Shown one piece after another: positions 16,107 to 24,598 of a DNA stretch of 32,000 nt. Numbering within the stretch: position 1 is the stretch's first letter; each line of letters begins with the position of its first letter. Source of the DNA: Candidatus Pelagibacter sp. Its GTDB lineage: Bacteria; Pseudomonadota; Alphaproteobacteria; Pelagibacterales; Pelagibacteraceae. The position numbers and the translations under genes were made by a program. The stretch is from the NCBI GenBank assembly GCA_002689925.1, contig NZIO01000031.1, forward strand, positions 2,982 through 34,981. The letters run 5' to 3'. The notes under the pieces were generated by a model. The model searched no databases, was not told the origin of the DNA, and saw only the letters and a list, made by a program, of their open reading frames with translations.

Positions 16107-17168
16107 ATGGCATCAGTTATAAATATTCAAAATAAAAAAATTGGACCTCATGAACCAGTTTTTATTATTGCTGAAATTGGTGTAAATCATAATGGTGATA
16201 TAAATGTTGCAAAAAAATTAATTGAAAAGGCCAAGGAATCAGGAGCAGACTGTGTCAAGTTTCAAACTTTTAAAGCAGAAAATTTAGTAACAAAAAAGGC
16301 CGTTAAAGCAAAGTATCAAGTCTTAAACGATAAACAATCAAAAGATAAAAATCAGTTTGAAATGTTAAAAAAACTTGAACTTTCAAGAGAGTCATTTGAA
16401 AAAATTTTAAAACATTGTTCTGACAATAAAATTATCTTTATTTCTACCCCATATAATTATGAGGATGTTGACTTTTTACTAAGTTATGATGTTCCTGCTT
16501 TTAAACTTTCTTCTATGCATGCTCAAGAACCTAGCTTTGCTAATTATGTAGCAAAAAAAGAAAAACCAATAATTTTATCAACAGGAATGACATCTCTTGA
16601 TCAAATTAAAGAAACAGTTAAAGCGATTAACTTAACTGGAAATAAAGATTTGGCTCTTCTTCAATGTACAACTTCATACCCATCAAAAATTTCAGAATCA
16701 AACTTGAAAACAATAAAGACCTTAGAAAAAACTTTTAATACTATAGTTGGTTTTTCAGATCATACTTTAGGTTATATTTCTGCAGTTACCTCCATAGGAT
16801 TAGGAGCTAAGATTATTGAAAAACATTTAACACTTGATAAAAGCATGAAAGGACCAGATCATGCAGCTTCTTGTGACCCTAATGAATTTTCTATTTTTGT
16901 TAGAATGATTAGAGATGCAGAAAAGACTTTAGGTTCTGAAATTAAAGAGCCAACTTTACATGAAAAAGAAAATATGGAATTTATGCTGAGAAGTATTTGT
17001 GCAAAAAAAAATATTGTTAAAAATACTATTATAAATGAAGAAATGTTAACTTTTAAAAGACCTGGAGATGGAATTCCTCCAAGACAAATAAATTCTTTAA
17101 TTGGAAAAAAAGTTGTTAGAAATATTTTAGCAGATGAATTAATAAATTGGGAAGATTTAGAAAAATAG
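16107..17168 (+). CDS. neuB: N-acetylneuraminate/legionaminate synthase (NeuB/LegI type) with C-terminal SAF domain
   Basis: 353 aa. FIIAEIGVNHNGDINVAKKLIEKAKESGADCVKFQTF, FKLSSM, LSTGMTS, LLQCTSSYPS-like (LQCTTSYPS), GFSDHT, IIEKHLTLDKSMKGPDH and a SAF-like tail. It is a distinct paralogue of the PseI-like gene at 6678. Confidence 0.85.
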   Translation: MASVINIQNKKIGPHEPVFIIAEIGVNHNGDINVAKKLIEKAKESGADCVKFQTFKAENLVTKKAVKAKYQVLNDKQSKDKNQFEMLKKLELSRESFEKILKHCSDNKIIFISTPYNYEDVDFLLSYDVPAFKLSSMHAQEPSFANYVAKKEKPIILSTGMTSLDQIKETVKAINLTGNKDLALLQCTTSYPSKISESNLKTIKTLEKTFNTIVGFSDHTLGYISAVTSIGLGAKIIEKHLTLDKSMKGPDHAASCDPNEFSIFVRMIRDAEKTLGSEIKEPTLHEKENMEFMLRSICAKKNIVKNTIINEEMLTFKRPGDGIPPRQINSLIGKKVVRNILADELINWEDLEK

Positions 17169-17170
17169 AA

Positions 17171-17782
17171 ATGAAAAAAAAAATTTTACTAATTGGGTCT
17201 GGTGGACATGCAAGAGTAGTAATAGATGCTTTAGAGCGTTTAGATTATGATTTAAAGGGAATTATAGATTTGAATTATAAAAAAAGTAAAGAGCTTATTT
17301 TGGGTTACAAAGTTATAGGAAATTATGAAAAGTTAAAAAAATTTAAACCAAAAGATTATTTTGTTTTTATTGCCATAGGAGATAATCAAATTAGAAAAAA
17401 ATATTTTAACAAAGTAAAAAAACGAGGCTTTAAAATTCCCAATATTGTACATCCAAGCTCAAATGTTTCTAAACACGTTTCTTTGGGAAAAGGTATTTTT
17501 ATTAATATCAAAGCAATAATAAATGCTTCAGCAAGAATAAAAGATAATACTATAATAAATACTGCCTCAATTATAGAACACGAAACAGTAATTGGAAAAA
17601 ATTGCCATATTTGTCCTGGAGCTAAAATAGCAGGACGTGTTTTAATTGGTGATGATACTTTTATTGGATTGGGAACAAACATTATACAAAATGTAAAAAT
17701 TGGAAAAAATACAAAAGTTGGGGCAGGTTTAACTGTTAAAAAAAATATTAAAAAAAATACTACTTTTTCAATTAATAAATAA
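17171..17782 (+). CDS. NeuD/PglD-family sugar N/O-acetyltransferase (left-handed beta-helix)
   Basis: MKKKILLIGSGGHARVVIDALE at the N-terminus plus hexapeptide repeats (IGKNCHICPGAKIAGRVLIGDDTFIGLGTNIIQNVKIGKNTKVGAG). I prefer the ATG at 17171, 2 nt after the neuB stop, over the track's 17147 start, which would overlap neuB by 22 nt. Confidence 0.8.
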   Translation: MKKKILLIGSGGHARVVIDALERLDYDLKGIIDLNYKKSKELILGYKVIGNYEKLKKFKPKDYFVFIAIGDNQIRKKYFNKVKKRGFKIPNIVHPSSNVSKHVSLGKGIFINIKAIINASARIKDNTIINTASIIEHETVIGKNCHICPGAKIAGRVLIGDDTFIGLGTNIIQNVKIGKNTKVGAGLTVKKNIKKNTTFSINK

Positions 17783-17791
17783 TTAAAAAAA

Positions 17792-18643
17792 ATGATTTAT
17801 GTTTCTACAGGTGGATTTAAAGATCAACCAGCTTGGAAAACAAGTGAAGATTTCTTAGACAATGGAATCAAAAATATTGAACTTTCTGGTGGCTTATATG
17901 ATAAAGATATGCTCACTAAACTTAAAAAACTCAAATCAAAAATTAAATTTCAAATTCATAATTATTTTCCGCCACCTGAAAACCCATTTGTTTTTAATTT
18001 AGGTTCATTGGATAAAGAAATCTTATTACTAAGTATGAAGCATGCACAAAAAGCAATTAGATGGGCCGCGGAACTTGAAAGACCAATTTATAGCTTTCAT
18101 TCTGGTTTTTTATTAGACATTACTGTTAAAGAGTTAGGCAAAAAGGTAAAAAAAAGAAAATTAAATAATCATAATGATGTAATTTTAAATTTTGTTGAAA
18201 ACGTAAATAAACTTTCTAACTACGCTAAAACACAAGGAGTGTCACTTTTGATTGAAAACAATGTTATATCAAAAAATAATTTAAAAGAATTTGGCTTAAA
18301 TCCTCTTTTGATGACTAATGTTGATGATTGCACTTATGTAATGAGACATACACCTGAAAATGTTAATCTTTTAATTGATGTTGCTCATTTAAAAGTTTCA
18401 TCTAACACTGAAAAATTTGATAAATTTAATTTTTTAAAGAAATGTGACATATGGATTAAAGGGTTTCATTTAAGTGAGAACGATGGAACAAAAGACTCTA
18501 ATGAAATTATAGAAAATAATAGTTGGTTTTGGCCTTTTTTAAAAAATAATCTAGATTATTACTCCATAGAAGTTTATAACACTGATTACAAAACTCTCTA
18601 TCAACAACAACTCAAGGTATTGAAAAAAATTAATGAAAAATAA
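17792..18643 (+). CDS. Xylose-isomerase-like TIM-barrel protein (sugar phosphate isomerase/epimerase or phosphodiesterase superfamily)
   Basis: 283 aa. [20 protein letters not shown] and GFHLSEND follow the spaced His/Glu/Asp/His-Glu metal-ligand pattern of AP_endonuc_2-type barrels. The specific function is not recognisable. Confidence 0.5.
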   Translation: MIYVSTGGFKDQPAWKTSEDFLDNGIKNIELSGGLYDKDMLTKLKKLKSKIKFQIHNYFPPPENPFVFNLGSLDKEILLLSMKHAQKAIRWAAELERPIYSFHSGFLLDITVKELGKKVKKRKLNNHNDVILNFVENVNKLSNYAKTQGVSLLIENNVISKNNLKEFGLNPLLMTNVDDCTYVMRHTPENVNLLIDVAHLKVSSNTEKFDKFNFLKKCDIWIKGFHLSENDGTKDSNEIIENNSWFWPFLKNNLDYYSIEVYNTDYKTLYQQQLKVLKKINEK

Positions 18644-19658
18644 AATTGCTTTAATTGTTGGTATTACAGGTCAAGATGGGTCTTATTTAGCAGATTTTTT
18701 ATTGTCAAAAGGTTATCAAGTACATGGGTTACAAAGAAGGGCAAGTACATCTAATACTCAAAATATTGAACATCTAAATTTAGATGTAAAAACTCAAAAA
18801 AATGTTCATTTACATTATGGTGATTTGACAGATTCATCTAGTTTAAACAAAATAGTTCACTTTTGTAAACCAGATGAAATATACAATATTGGAGCCCAAT
18901 CTCATGTACACACATCTTTTCAAATGCCATTGTTTACTTCTAATGTAAATGCACTTGGAACCATAAGACTTTTAGATGTTATTAAAAATATAAATCCAGA
19001 CACAAAATTTTATCAAGCTTCGACAAGTGAACTTTTTGGTGATGCATTAGAATCTCCACAGACGGAAAAAACTCCTTTCAATCCTAGATCACCTTATGCA
19101 ATATCCAAGCTAAGTTCTTTTCATTTTGTTAAAAATTATAGAGAGGCTTTTAAAATTTTTGCTTGTAATGGAATACTTTTTAATCACGAGTCGCCTCGAA
19201 GAGGTCAGACTTTTGTTTCTAGAAAAATTACTAGAGCAGTAGCTGAAATTTATAAAGGAAATAAAGAAAAGATTTATCTTGGTAATCTTAATGCAAAACG
19301 AGATTGGGGTTATGCAAAAGAATACGTTGAAGCAATGTGGTTAATGCTTCAAAAAAAGGAGCCTGATGATTTTATTATAGCTACAGGAAAAAACTATAGC
19401 GTTAGAGATTTTGTGGAAAAAGCTTTTTCTTACATAAATATTGATTTAGTTTGGGAAGGAAAAGATGATCAAGAAAAAGGAATAAATAAAAAGAATAATA
19501 AAGTTCTAGTAGAAATTGATCCTTATTATTATAGACCTACAGAAGTAAATAGCTTAGTAGGAGATTTTTCAAAAGCACAAAAAACTTTAGGTTGGAAACC
19601 TAAAGTACAATTTAATGAATTAGTTGAAATTATGATGAGGGCAGAGCTTGAAAAATAA
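18633..19658 (+). CDS. gmd: GDP-mannose 4,6-dehydratase
   Basis: 341 aa. [70 protein letters not shown] and [10 protein letters not shown] are classic Gmd signatures. It overlaps the upstream stop by 11 nt. Confidence 0.9.
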   Translation: MKNKIALIVGITGQDGSYLADFLLSKGYQVHGLQRRASTSNTQNIEHLNLDVKTQKNVHLHYGDLTDSSSLNKIVHFCKPDEIYNIGAQSHVHTSFQMPLFTSNVNALGTIRLLDVIKNINPDTKFYQASTSELFGDALESPQTEKTPFNPRSPYAISKLSSFHFVKNYREAFKIFACNGILFNHESPRRGQTFVSRKITRAVAEIYKGNKEKIYLGNLNAKRDWGYAKEYVEAMWLMLQKKEPDDFIIATGKNYSVRDFVEKAFSYINIDLVWEGKDDQEKGINKKNNKVLVEIDPYYYRPTEVNSLVGDFSKAQKTLGWKPKVQFNELVEIMMRAELEK

Positions 19659-20334
19659 AAAAATTATAGCACTAATAATTGCTAAAAAAAATAGCAAAAG
19701 ATTATCAAAAAAAAATTTTAGAAAAATTAAAAATATTTCTATTACAGAAAGAACTATAAAAATTGCTAAGACTTGCAAGTATTTGGATAAGATAATGTTA
19801 TCATCAGATTCTAAAGAATTAATACAAATTGCTAATAAACATAAAATTTCAGCTCCTTTTATAAGACCTGCATATTTATGTAAAAGTAAAGTTAAACCCT
19901 GGCCAGTAATAAAACATTCAATAAATTATTTGAGTCAGCTGAAAGAAAAATATGATTTCATGCTTTTGTTACAACCAACATCAGCACTAAGAAAAAAAAA
20001 ACATATTGATAAAGCAATACAAATCATGAAAAAAAACAAATATAAAAAAAACGTTTATTCTATGGTGACAAAAGATAATTGTAAAAAAATAAAATTTGCA
20101 AAAATTTATGCTGAAGTGGGCAATAAATTTTCTCAAAGTATAAATATTTTAAATCAAAAACAGATAAAAACAAAAGCCGTTGTTAATGGAAATATTTATT
20201 TATTTAATATTAAAAAAGCAATTTTAAATAGAAGTCATTTTTTAAATAATTCAATTGGATTTTTAATGAATAAAAAAGATTCAATTGACATAGATACTCT
20301 TCAAGACCTTAAAGAAGCAAGGAAATATATTTAA
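19648..20334 (+). CDS. Acylneuraminate (nonulosonate) cytidylyltransferase, NeuA/LegF-like (TTG start)
   Basis: 228 aa. [40 protein letters not shown] and [10 protein letters not shown] match the CMP-NulO synthetase layout. The first in-frame ATG would delete the nucleotide-binding N-terminus, so a TTG (19648) or nearby ATT/ATA start is required. Confidence 0.75.
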   Translation: MKNKKIIALIIAKKNSKRLSKKNFRKIKNISITERTIKIAKTCKYLDKIMLSSDSKELIQIANKHKISAPFIRPAYLCKSKVKPWPVIKHSINYLSQLKEKYDFMLLLQPTSALRKKKHIDKAIQIMKKNKYKKNVYSMVTKDNCKKIKFAKIYAEVGNKFSQSINILNQKQIKTKAVVNGNIYLFNIKKAILNRSHFLNNSIGFLMNKKDSIDIDTLQDLKEARKYI

Positions 20335-21438
20335 GTGGAAAATAAATTAGTTTTTGGAACAGGAACCATAAGAAGTGGAGGTTCATTAGTAGCAAATATA
20401 CTCTCGACACATAAAAAGATACTAATAACAACAGATTTTATTAAATTTTTTAGGCATATATTTAAAAAATATGATCCAATTTCAAATAAAAAGAATCAAT
20501 TTCTTTTAGTTGAAGAATTGGCACTTAGATTAAAATATAGAAAAAATATTGAAATTGACAAAAAATTAATTTTTGAGAATCTTTCTCATTCAAAAGTTAA
20601 AAATTATTATGATGTTCATAAAGTTCTAGCTCATTATTTTTTAAAAAAAGTTGAAAATAAAGATTTATTCGGAGAATATGAAAATAGTGAATGGAGAAAT
20701 ATAAAAACTATTTTAGAATCAAATAAAAATTATAAAGCATTTCAGTTGATTAGAGATCCTAGAGCTATTATAGCCTCTTGGAAAAAAATAATATCATTTG
20801 GTAAAGGATACTTGTATTTAAATTATATTTTTAATTGGATTGATTCAATAAATTATTATTATATCTATAATAAAAAATATTCTACCAACAGATATATAGC
20901 TATTAAATTTGAAGACATTCATAATCAACCCTTAAAAACAGCCAAGAGGCTATGTAAATTTTCTAACGTAAAATTTGATGTAAATATGATTTCAACTCAT
21001 AAATGGAAAAAAATACTTAATAATCCTTTTTTATATATAAATTTTTCTGCTCACAGTGATATAAAAAAAAAAATTTATGGTTTTTCAAAAAAAAGAATTA
21101 ATAATTGGAAAAAAAGTCTTGATGATTGGGAAGTAGCTCTTATTAATCATTTAACACAAAAACAATTAATCAATTTAGGTTATGAGGTAGAAACTTATAG
21201 TAAAAGCATATTACAAAAAGGCATAGATATATTAAATAAAAATAAATTACTAAAAAAAAATTATGAAATATATATCAAAAGTGGTAAAGGAATAAATAGC
21301 GGTCTTAATGACCCATCATTAGCTAAAAATTGGTCATCACTTAAAAATCCCAAAAAAAAATTTATTGATACAAAAGAGTATGCAGCCTTTAACAAAGATT
21401 TAAAAAAAATTATAAAAAAATCTAAAAATATAATTTAA
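20335..21438 (+). CDS. Sulfotransferase (PAPS-dependent type; GTG start)
   Basis: 367 aa. GTGTIRSGGSLVANIL near the N-terminus is a 5-prime-PSB-like loop and LIRDPRAIIASW is a 3-prime-PB-like motif. The GTG immediately follows the upstream TAA. Confidence 0.65.
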   Translation: MENKLVFGTGTIRSGGSLVANILSTHKKILITTDFIKFFRHIFKKYDPISNKKNQFLLVEELALRLKYRKNIEIDKKLIFENLSHSKVKNYYDVHKVLAHYFLKKVENKDLFGEYENSEWRNIKTILESNKNYKAFQLIRDPRAIIASWKKIISFGKGYLYLNYIFNWIDSINYYYIYNKKYSTNRYIAIKFEDIHNQPLKTAKRLCKFSNVKFDVNMISTHKWKKILNNPFLYINFSAHSDIKKKIYGFSKKRINNWKKSLDDWEVALINHLTQKQLINLGYEVETYSKSILQKGIDILNKNKLLKKNYEIYIKSGKGINSGLNDPSLAKNWSSLKNPKKKFIDTKEYAAFNKDLKKIIKKSKNII

Positions 21439-21440
21439 AA

Positions 21441-22778
21441 ATGAAAAATTTATATATAGTACATGCCGTTGATACTGAAGGACCACTTAATGAAAGTTTA
21501 GATGCAACTTTTATAAGAATTAAAGAATTATTTAATATTAAAGGCATACCCAAAAATAAAAAAACTTTAGAAGATTTACGAAATGGCAAATATACCAAAA
21601 ACAAAATTAAATTAAAAAAAATAAAAGAAACATTAAATCCCCATTTACTTGACTACAAAAAAAACTGGAAAGAAATTAAAGACAACTTACAAGAATCATG
21701 TTCTAAAAGTTTTAGAAATTTACAAAAAGATTCCTTTGGAAATGGTTGGGTTTATAGTTGGCATTGTGTCGATCATGTTAATTTCAAAACTAACCCAAGA
21801 AAAAAAACTTTTGGTTACCATAAAATATTTGACTATTATAAAAATTTTATAAGAAAGAAAGAAAACCTTAAAGACAAGATACATTTCCATTTTCACCCTA
21901 TGTCAACTTATTTTGAGTCAAACAGAAATGCTTCATCTTTTGAAAACTCACCTCATTTGCATCAAGTAATGTGTAAAAGAATAATCGATCGTAAATGGTT
22001 TCCAGTAGTTAATAGAGCTGGATTTCATATTGAAAGACCAGACAGTAATTGGTTTTTAGAGCAGTGGATACCTTTTGATTTGTCAAATATTTCCCAAAAA
22101 AAAGCCAAAAACAATAAAATTGATCAAGCATATGAAGCAAGAGGTTATGATTGGAGAAGAGCTACACAAAAATGGGAATTATATAATCCAAGTCATGATG
22201 ATTATCAGGTACCAGGAAAATGCAGGAGATATATTGGAAGAGTTCTGGGTATAATGAATCGAACTGAGTCAATAACTTTAAAAGAAACTATTAAAGCATT
22301 TAAAAGAGCATCAAAAGGCAAAAATACAATGATGGCAGTGACCTCTCATGATTTTAGAAGTCTTAAGGCTGAAGTGGAAGAAGTTAGAAAATATATTTCG
22401 ATTGCACATAAAAGATTTCCTAAAGTTAAAATAAAATTTTGTGACTCTTTGGAAGGTTTTAGAAAAGTTTTGAATATAAAAAACCCTGAATCGAAAAGAC
22501 TTAAATTATCCATAAGAAAGATAAAAACAAAAAATGCAGAGACTTGTTTTAAAATATCAACCTTAAAAGGAAAAGTTTTTGGACCACAACCTTATTTAGC
22601 AATGAAATTAAAAAATGGAACATATAGACATGATAATTTAGATTTTGGACTCAAAGCTGGAGAATGGTTTTATTCAGTTTATGAAGATACAATTAAATTA
22701 TCTGATATAAAAGAAGTAGCAGTTGGAGCAGCTGATCAAAAAGGTAATTTTGATATATGCTCAATAAAATTTAAATAA
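21441..22778 (+). CDS. Conserved-looking hypothetical protein; possible metal-dependent carbohydrate esterase/hydrolase fold
   Basis: 445-aa uninterrupted ORF packed 2 nt after the sulfotransferase gene. Notable elements are YIVHAVDTEGP, a His cluster KIHFHFHP, and MMAVTSHDF. I recognise no family. Confidence 0.3.
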   Translation: MKNLYIVHAVDTEGPLNESLDATFIRIKELFNIKGIPKNKKTLEDLRNGKYTKNKIKLKKIKETLNPHLLDYKKNWKEIKDNLQESCSKSFRNLQKDSFGNGWVYSWHCVDHVNFKTNPRKKTFGYHKIFDYYKNFIRKKENLKDKIHFHFHPMSTYFESNRNASSFENSPHLHQVMCKRIIDRKWFPVVNRAGFHIERPDSNWFLEQWIPFDLSNISQKKAKNNKIDQAYEARGYDWRRATQKWELYNPSHDDYQVPGKCRRYIGRVLGIMNRTESITLKETIKAFKRASKGKNTMMAVTSHDFRSLKAEVEEVRKYISIAHKRFPKVKIKFCDSLEGFRKVLNIKNPESKRLKLSIRKIKTKNAETCFKISTLKGKVFGPQPYLAMKLKNGTYRHDNLDFGLKAGEWFYSVYEDTIKLSDIKEVAVGAADQKGNFDICSIKFK

Positions 22779-22796
22779 AATTTATTTTAGTGTATA

Positions 22797-24593
22797 ATGT
22801 TTAAATCAATTTTACATCTTTATAGTTTATTAACACCCAAGCAACAGTTTAATTTAAAAGTTCTTCAGTTGTTAATGATTGTATCTGCTTTGTTAGAAAT
22901 TATAAGTATTGCATCTGTAGGCCCATTTATAATGTTGGCTGTTAATAATAATATTTTACAAGAAAATGAGATTTTTAAAATTTTAGCTAATATCATAGGA
23001 ACAACAACGTACAATGGTTTTTTAATAAAATTAGGAACTATTACTCTTTTAATCTTTGTAATAAGTTCAGTTATTTCCATATTTACTCTTTGGCGTTTAA
23101 ATTTATATTGCCATAAAATTGGTGCAGAAATATCAATTAAATTATTTAAATACTATATTTATCAATCATGGCTTTATCATACACAAAACACTAGCAACGT
23201 AATTTTTACAAAACTTATTTCTGAATGCCAAAGACTTACAAACAACATAACTTATCCTATTCTTTTTATGAATTCTAAAATAATTTTATGTTTATGCATG
23301 TTAATTGCAATTTTAGTATACAAACCAATTATTGTATTAATAACAGTTATCTTTGCATCAGTTTTTTATTTTATATTTTATAGTCTTTTTAAATTTAGAT
23401 TAAAAAAATTTGGTCAATTAGTTTCATCAAGTCAAAAAAATATTTTTAATATTGTTTCTGAAAGTTTTGGAGGAATAAAAGATGTGCTATTTTTGGGAAA
23501 ACAAAAAAAGTTTATTAGAGAATTTGATAAAAACTATTTAACATTTGGACGAAGCGTAGGGACCGCAGCAGCATTAGGACAAATACCAAAATATATATTA
23601 GAGCTTTTAGGCTATGGGTCAGTAATATTAATAATAATCTATATTATAAGTTTTGAAGATAAAAACTTTATTAACTATCTTCCAATTTTATCTGTTTATG
23701 CACTTGCTGGGTTGAAGTTGCTCCCTGCATTCCAAGCTATTTATAGTTGTGTTTCTGGCATTAAATCAAATATTCAGGCTTTTGAAGTTTTAAAAGAAGA
23801 TATATCAAAAAGTAAGTATGAATTAATAGAATCGCAAGATGATAAGGATTTACCTCAAATAAATAGTAAAATAGAATTAAAGGATATATCCTTTGCTTAC
23901 CCAAATAAAAAAAACTTAATACTTAGTAATTTTAATTTATCTTTACCAATTAAAAAAGTTATTGGCATAGTAGGTGAAACTGGTTCTGGAAAATCTACTT
24001 TAATAGATATCATTTTAGGTCTAATCGAACCTCAAAGCGGAGGGTTATATTTAGACGGTAAAAAATTATTAAATAAACAAAAAAGAGCTTGGCAAAATCA
24101 AATTGGAGTAGTCCCTCAAAATATTTTTTTAATGAATAAGTCAATAAAAGAAAATATTGCCTTCGAGCTAGACCCAAAGACAATTGATGAGGAAAAAATA
24201 TTTAATGCACTAAAGCTTTCGAGACTAGATAAGTTTGTTTCAACTCTTCCAAATGGAATAAATACAATAGTAGGTGAAAGAGGTGTTCAACTTTCAGGTG
24301 GTCAATGTCAAAGAGTAGGTATTGCTAGAGCATTGTATAACGATCCTGAATTTCTTTTATTTGATGAAGCTACCAGTTCTCTTGATGGTATAACAGAAAA
24401 ATTAATAATGGATGCTATCCAAGATTTTTCAGGAAATAAAAGTATTATCATTATAACCCATAGATTAAGCACAATTAAAATTTGTGATAACATCTTTTTA
24501 ATCGAGAATGGAAAAGTAGTTGATGAAGGAAGTTATTCAACTTTAATAAAAAATAACGATAAGTTTAAAAAAATGGCAGCCGAAGATAATTAG
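22797..24593 (+). CDS. ABC exporter, fused permease/ATPase half-transporter (MsbA/PglK-like)
   Basis: 598 aa. The N-terminal ~300 aa have about six hydrophobic segments. These are followed by Walker A GETGSGKST, the signature LSGGQCQR, Walker B LLFDEATS and H-loop IITHRL. Confidence 0.85.
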   Translation: MFKSILHLYSLLTPKQQFNLKVLQLLMIVSALLEIISIASVGPFIMLAVNNNILQENEIFKILANIIGTTTYNGFLIKLGTITLLIFVISSVISIFTLWRLNLYCHKIGAEISIKLFKYYIYQSWLYHTQNTSNVIFTKLISECQRLTNNITYPILFMNSKIILCLCMLIAILVYKPIIVLITVIFASVFYFIFYSLFKFRLKKFGQLVSSSQKNIFNIVSESFGGIKDVLFLGKQKKFIREFDKNYLTFGRSVGTAAALGQIPKYILELLGYGSVILIIIYIISFEDKNFINYLPILSVYALAGLKLLPAFQAIYSCVSGIKSNIQAFEVLKEDISKSKYELIESQDDKDLPQINSKIELKDISFAYPNKKNLILSNFNLSLPIKKVIGIVGETGSGKSTLIDIILGLIEPQSGGLYLDGKKLLNKQKRAWQNQIGVVPQNIFLMNKSIKENIAFELDPKTIDEEKIFNALKLSRLDKFVSTLPNGINTIVGERGVQLSGGQCQRVGIARALYNDPEFLLFDEATSSLDGITEKLIMDAIQDFSGNKSIIIITHRLSTIKICDNIFLIENGKVVDEGSYSTLIKNNDKFKKMAAEDN

Positions 24594-24598
24594 ATCAT

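Noticed and set aside
17147-17170. The track's upstream start (MGRFRKIE...) for the NeuD/PglD acetyltransferase.
   Set aside because: It would overlap the neuB stop by 22 nt and add residues not seen in this family. The ATG at 17171 yields the canonical MKKKILLIGSGGHA N-terminus.
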